A DNA stretch of 41,071 bases, taken from NCBI GenBank assembly GCA_029977305.1, contig JAPOLF010000002.1, forward strand, positions 1 through 41,071, written 5' to 3'. Numbering within the stretch: the stretch's first letter is position 1; each line of letters starts with the position of its first letter. This stretch comes from a bacterium (GTDB lineage: Bacteria > Chloroflexota > Chloroflexia > Thermomicrobiales > UBA6265). Shown here one piece after another: positions 40,633-41,071 of the stretch. The position numbers were made by a program, and so were the translations under genes. The notes under the pieces are model-generated. The model saw nothing but the letters and a program-made list of their open reading frames with translations. It was not told where the DNA came from and did not search any database.

Positions 40633-41071
40633 TTACATCCCAGGGTCTTCGAGGACGATCAGCGCCGGCACATCAGTGCCGCTGGCGACAATCGCATATG
40701 CACCCGGGGCAAGACCAGCCAGCGCGTAGTCTTCCTGGTCACCAGCCTTGATGTTGAGCCCACCGATGAGCTTCGCATCTTCTGGCAGGGCGGTCAGTTC
40801 TTCGCCCTCAGCGGGAGCGGCGCTCAGCTGGTAGATGTCGAAGCTGCGGGCAGCCTCACCATTGTTGAATCCGTGAAGGACCAGTACCTCTGGCGCGAGA
40901 ATGGAGTTGCGCTGGTCGAACACCGCGTCACTCGCATCGTCAGCAACGGAGAACGAGACGAACGCCTTGTCGCCGTCGATGTCGGGCGGCAACGACATTT
41001 CCTCGTCAAAGCGCCACTGTCCGTTGTCATTGACGTAGAACCAGCGGGCATTCTCGTAGCCGTAGTCCCCG
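40633..41071 (-). CDS. Hypothetical protein, C-terminal part (ORF stays open to the window edge)
   Basis: The frame remains open upstream of the listed ATG (40998): reading continues GDYGYENARWFYVNDNGQWRFDEEMSLPPDIDGDK... with host-like GC3 codon usage. No family recognised. Confidence 0.5.
   Translation of the reverse strand, partial: GDYGYENARWFYVNDNGQWRFDEEMSLPPDIDGDKAFVSFSVADDASDAVFDQRNSILAPEVLVLHGFNNGEAARSFDIYQLSAAPAEGEELTALPEDAKLIGGLNIKAGDQEDYALAGLAPGAYAIVASGTDVPALIVLEDPGM

Noticed and set aside
1-41071. Scan for CRISPR arrays, tRNA/rRNA genes, IS elements, integrases, toxin-antitoxin pairs and transcription factors.
   Set aside because: There are no regularly spaced repeats. No intergenic region exceeds 223 bp and none shows tRNA-like T-arm/anticodon structure. 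No ORF has transposase, recombinase or HTH-regulator signatures. The window is about 95% occupied by the CDS listed.

Overview
GC-rich bacterial chromosomal segment (by eye well above 60% G+C, third codon positions almost all G/C), about 95% coding. I call 31 complete and 2 edge-truncated CDS. I found no rRNA, tRNA, CRISPR array, transposase/integrase or recognisable transcription factor. The taxon cannot be fixed from sequence alone; the protein flavour and the Tat-signal solute-binding proteins would fit Chloroflexota/Thermomicrobia-like or Actinomycetota genomes.

Content, left to right:
(i) SIS-domain fragment, MSOX/SolA-type FAD oxidase, class II ketose-bisphosphate aldolase and PfkB kinase.
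(ii) A translationally coupled SelA-like PLP enzyme and creatininase-family amidohydrolase, divergent from a polar-amino-acid/opine-type ABC importer.
(iii) An ABM-fold gene followed by hyuA and hyuB (ATP-dependent hydantoinase/oxoprolinase type), with a divergent DUF917 gene.
(iv) A Tat-exported beta-propeller-cupredoxin fusion.
(v) A five-gene Dpp/Opp-type ABC importer.
(vi) A second DUF917 gene, divergent from a tightly packed putative 7-gene operon: B-less HyuA-like ATPase, DUF917, small unknown ORF, nitroreductase, DUF917, NodB-type deacetylase and GH4 glycosidase.
(vii) A 1671-aa DUF4011 / SF1 helicase / Vsr-DUF559-type nuclease / DUF3320-like protein that resembles the single-gene Hhe antiphage system.
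(viii) A Sec-secreted repeat protein with thrombospondin-type-3 calcium-binding repeats.
(ix) A SIS-domain gene with an orphan family-5 solute-binding protein.

The two most interesting items are the cluster of four diverged DUF917 paralogues around two hydantoinase-type ATPases (an uncharacterised N-heterocycle/lactam catabolic island) and the Hhe-like helicase-nuclease. Each of the three solute-binding-protein genes is followed by its own strong GC-rich stem-loop. All family assignments come from motif recognition by eye. No database search was run.
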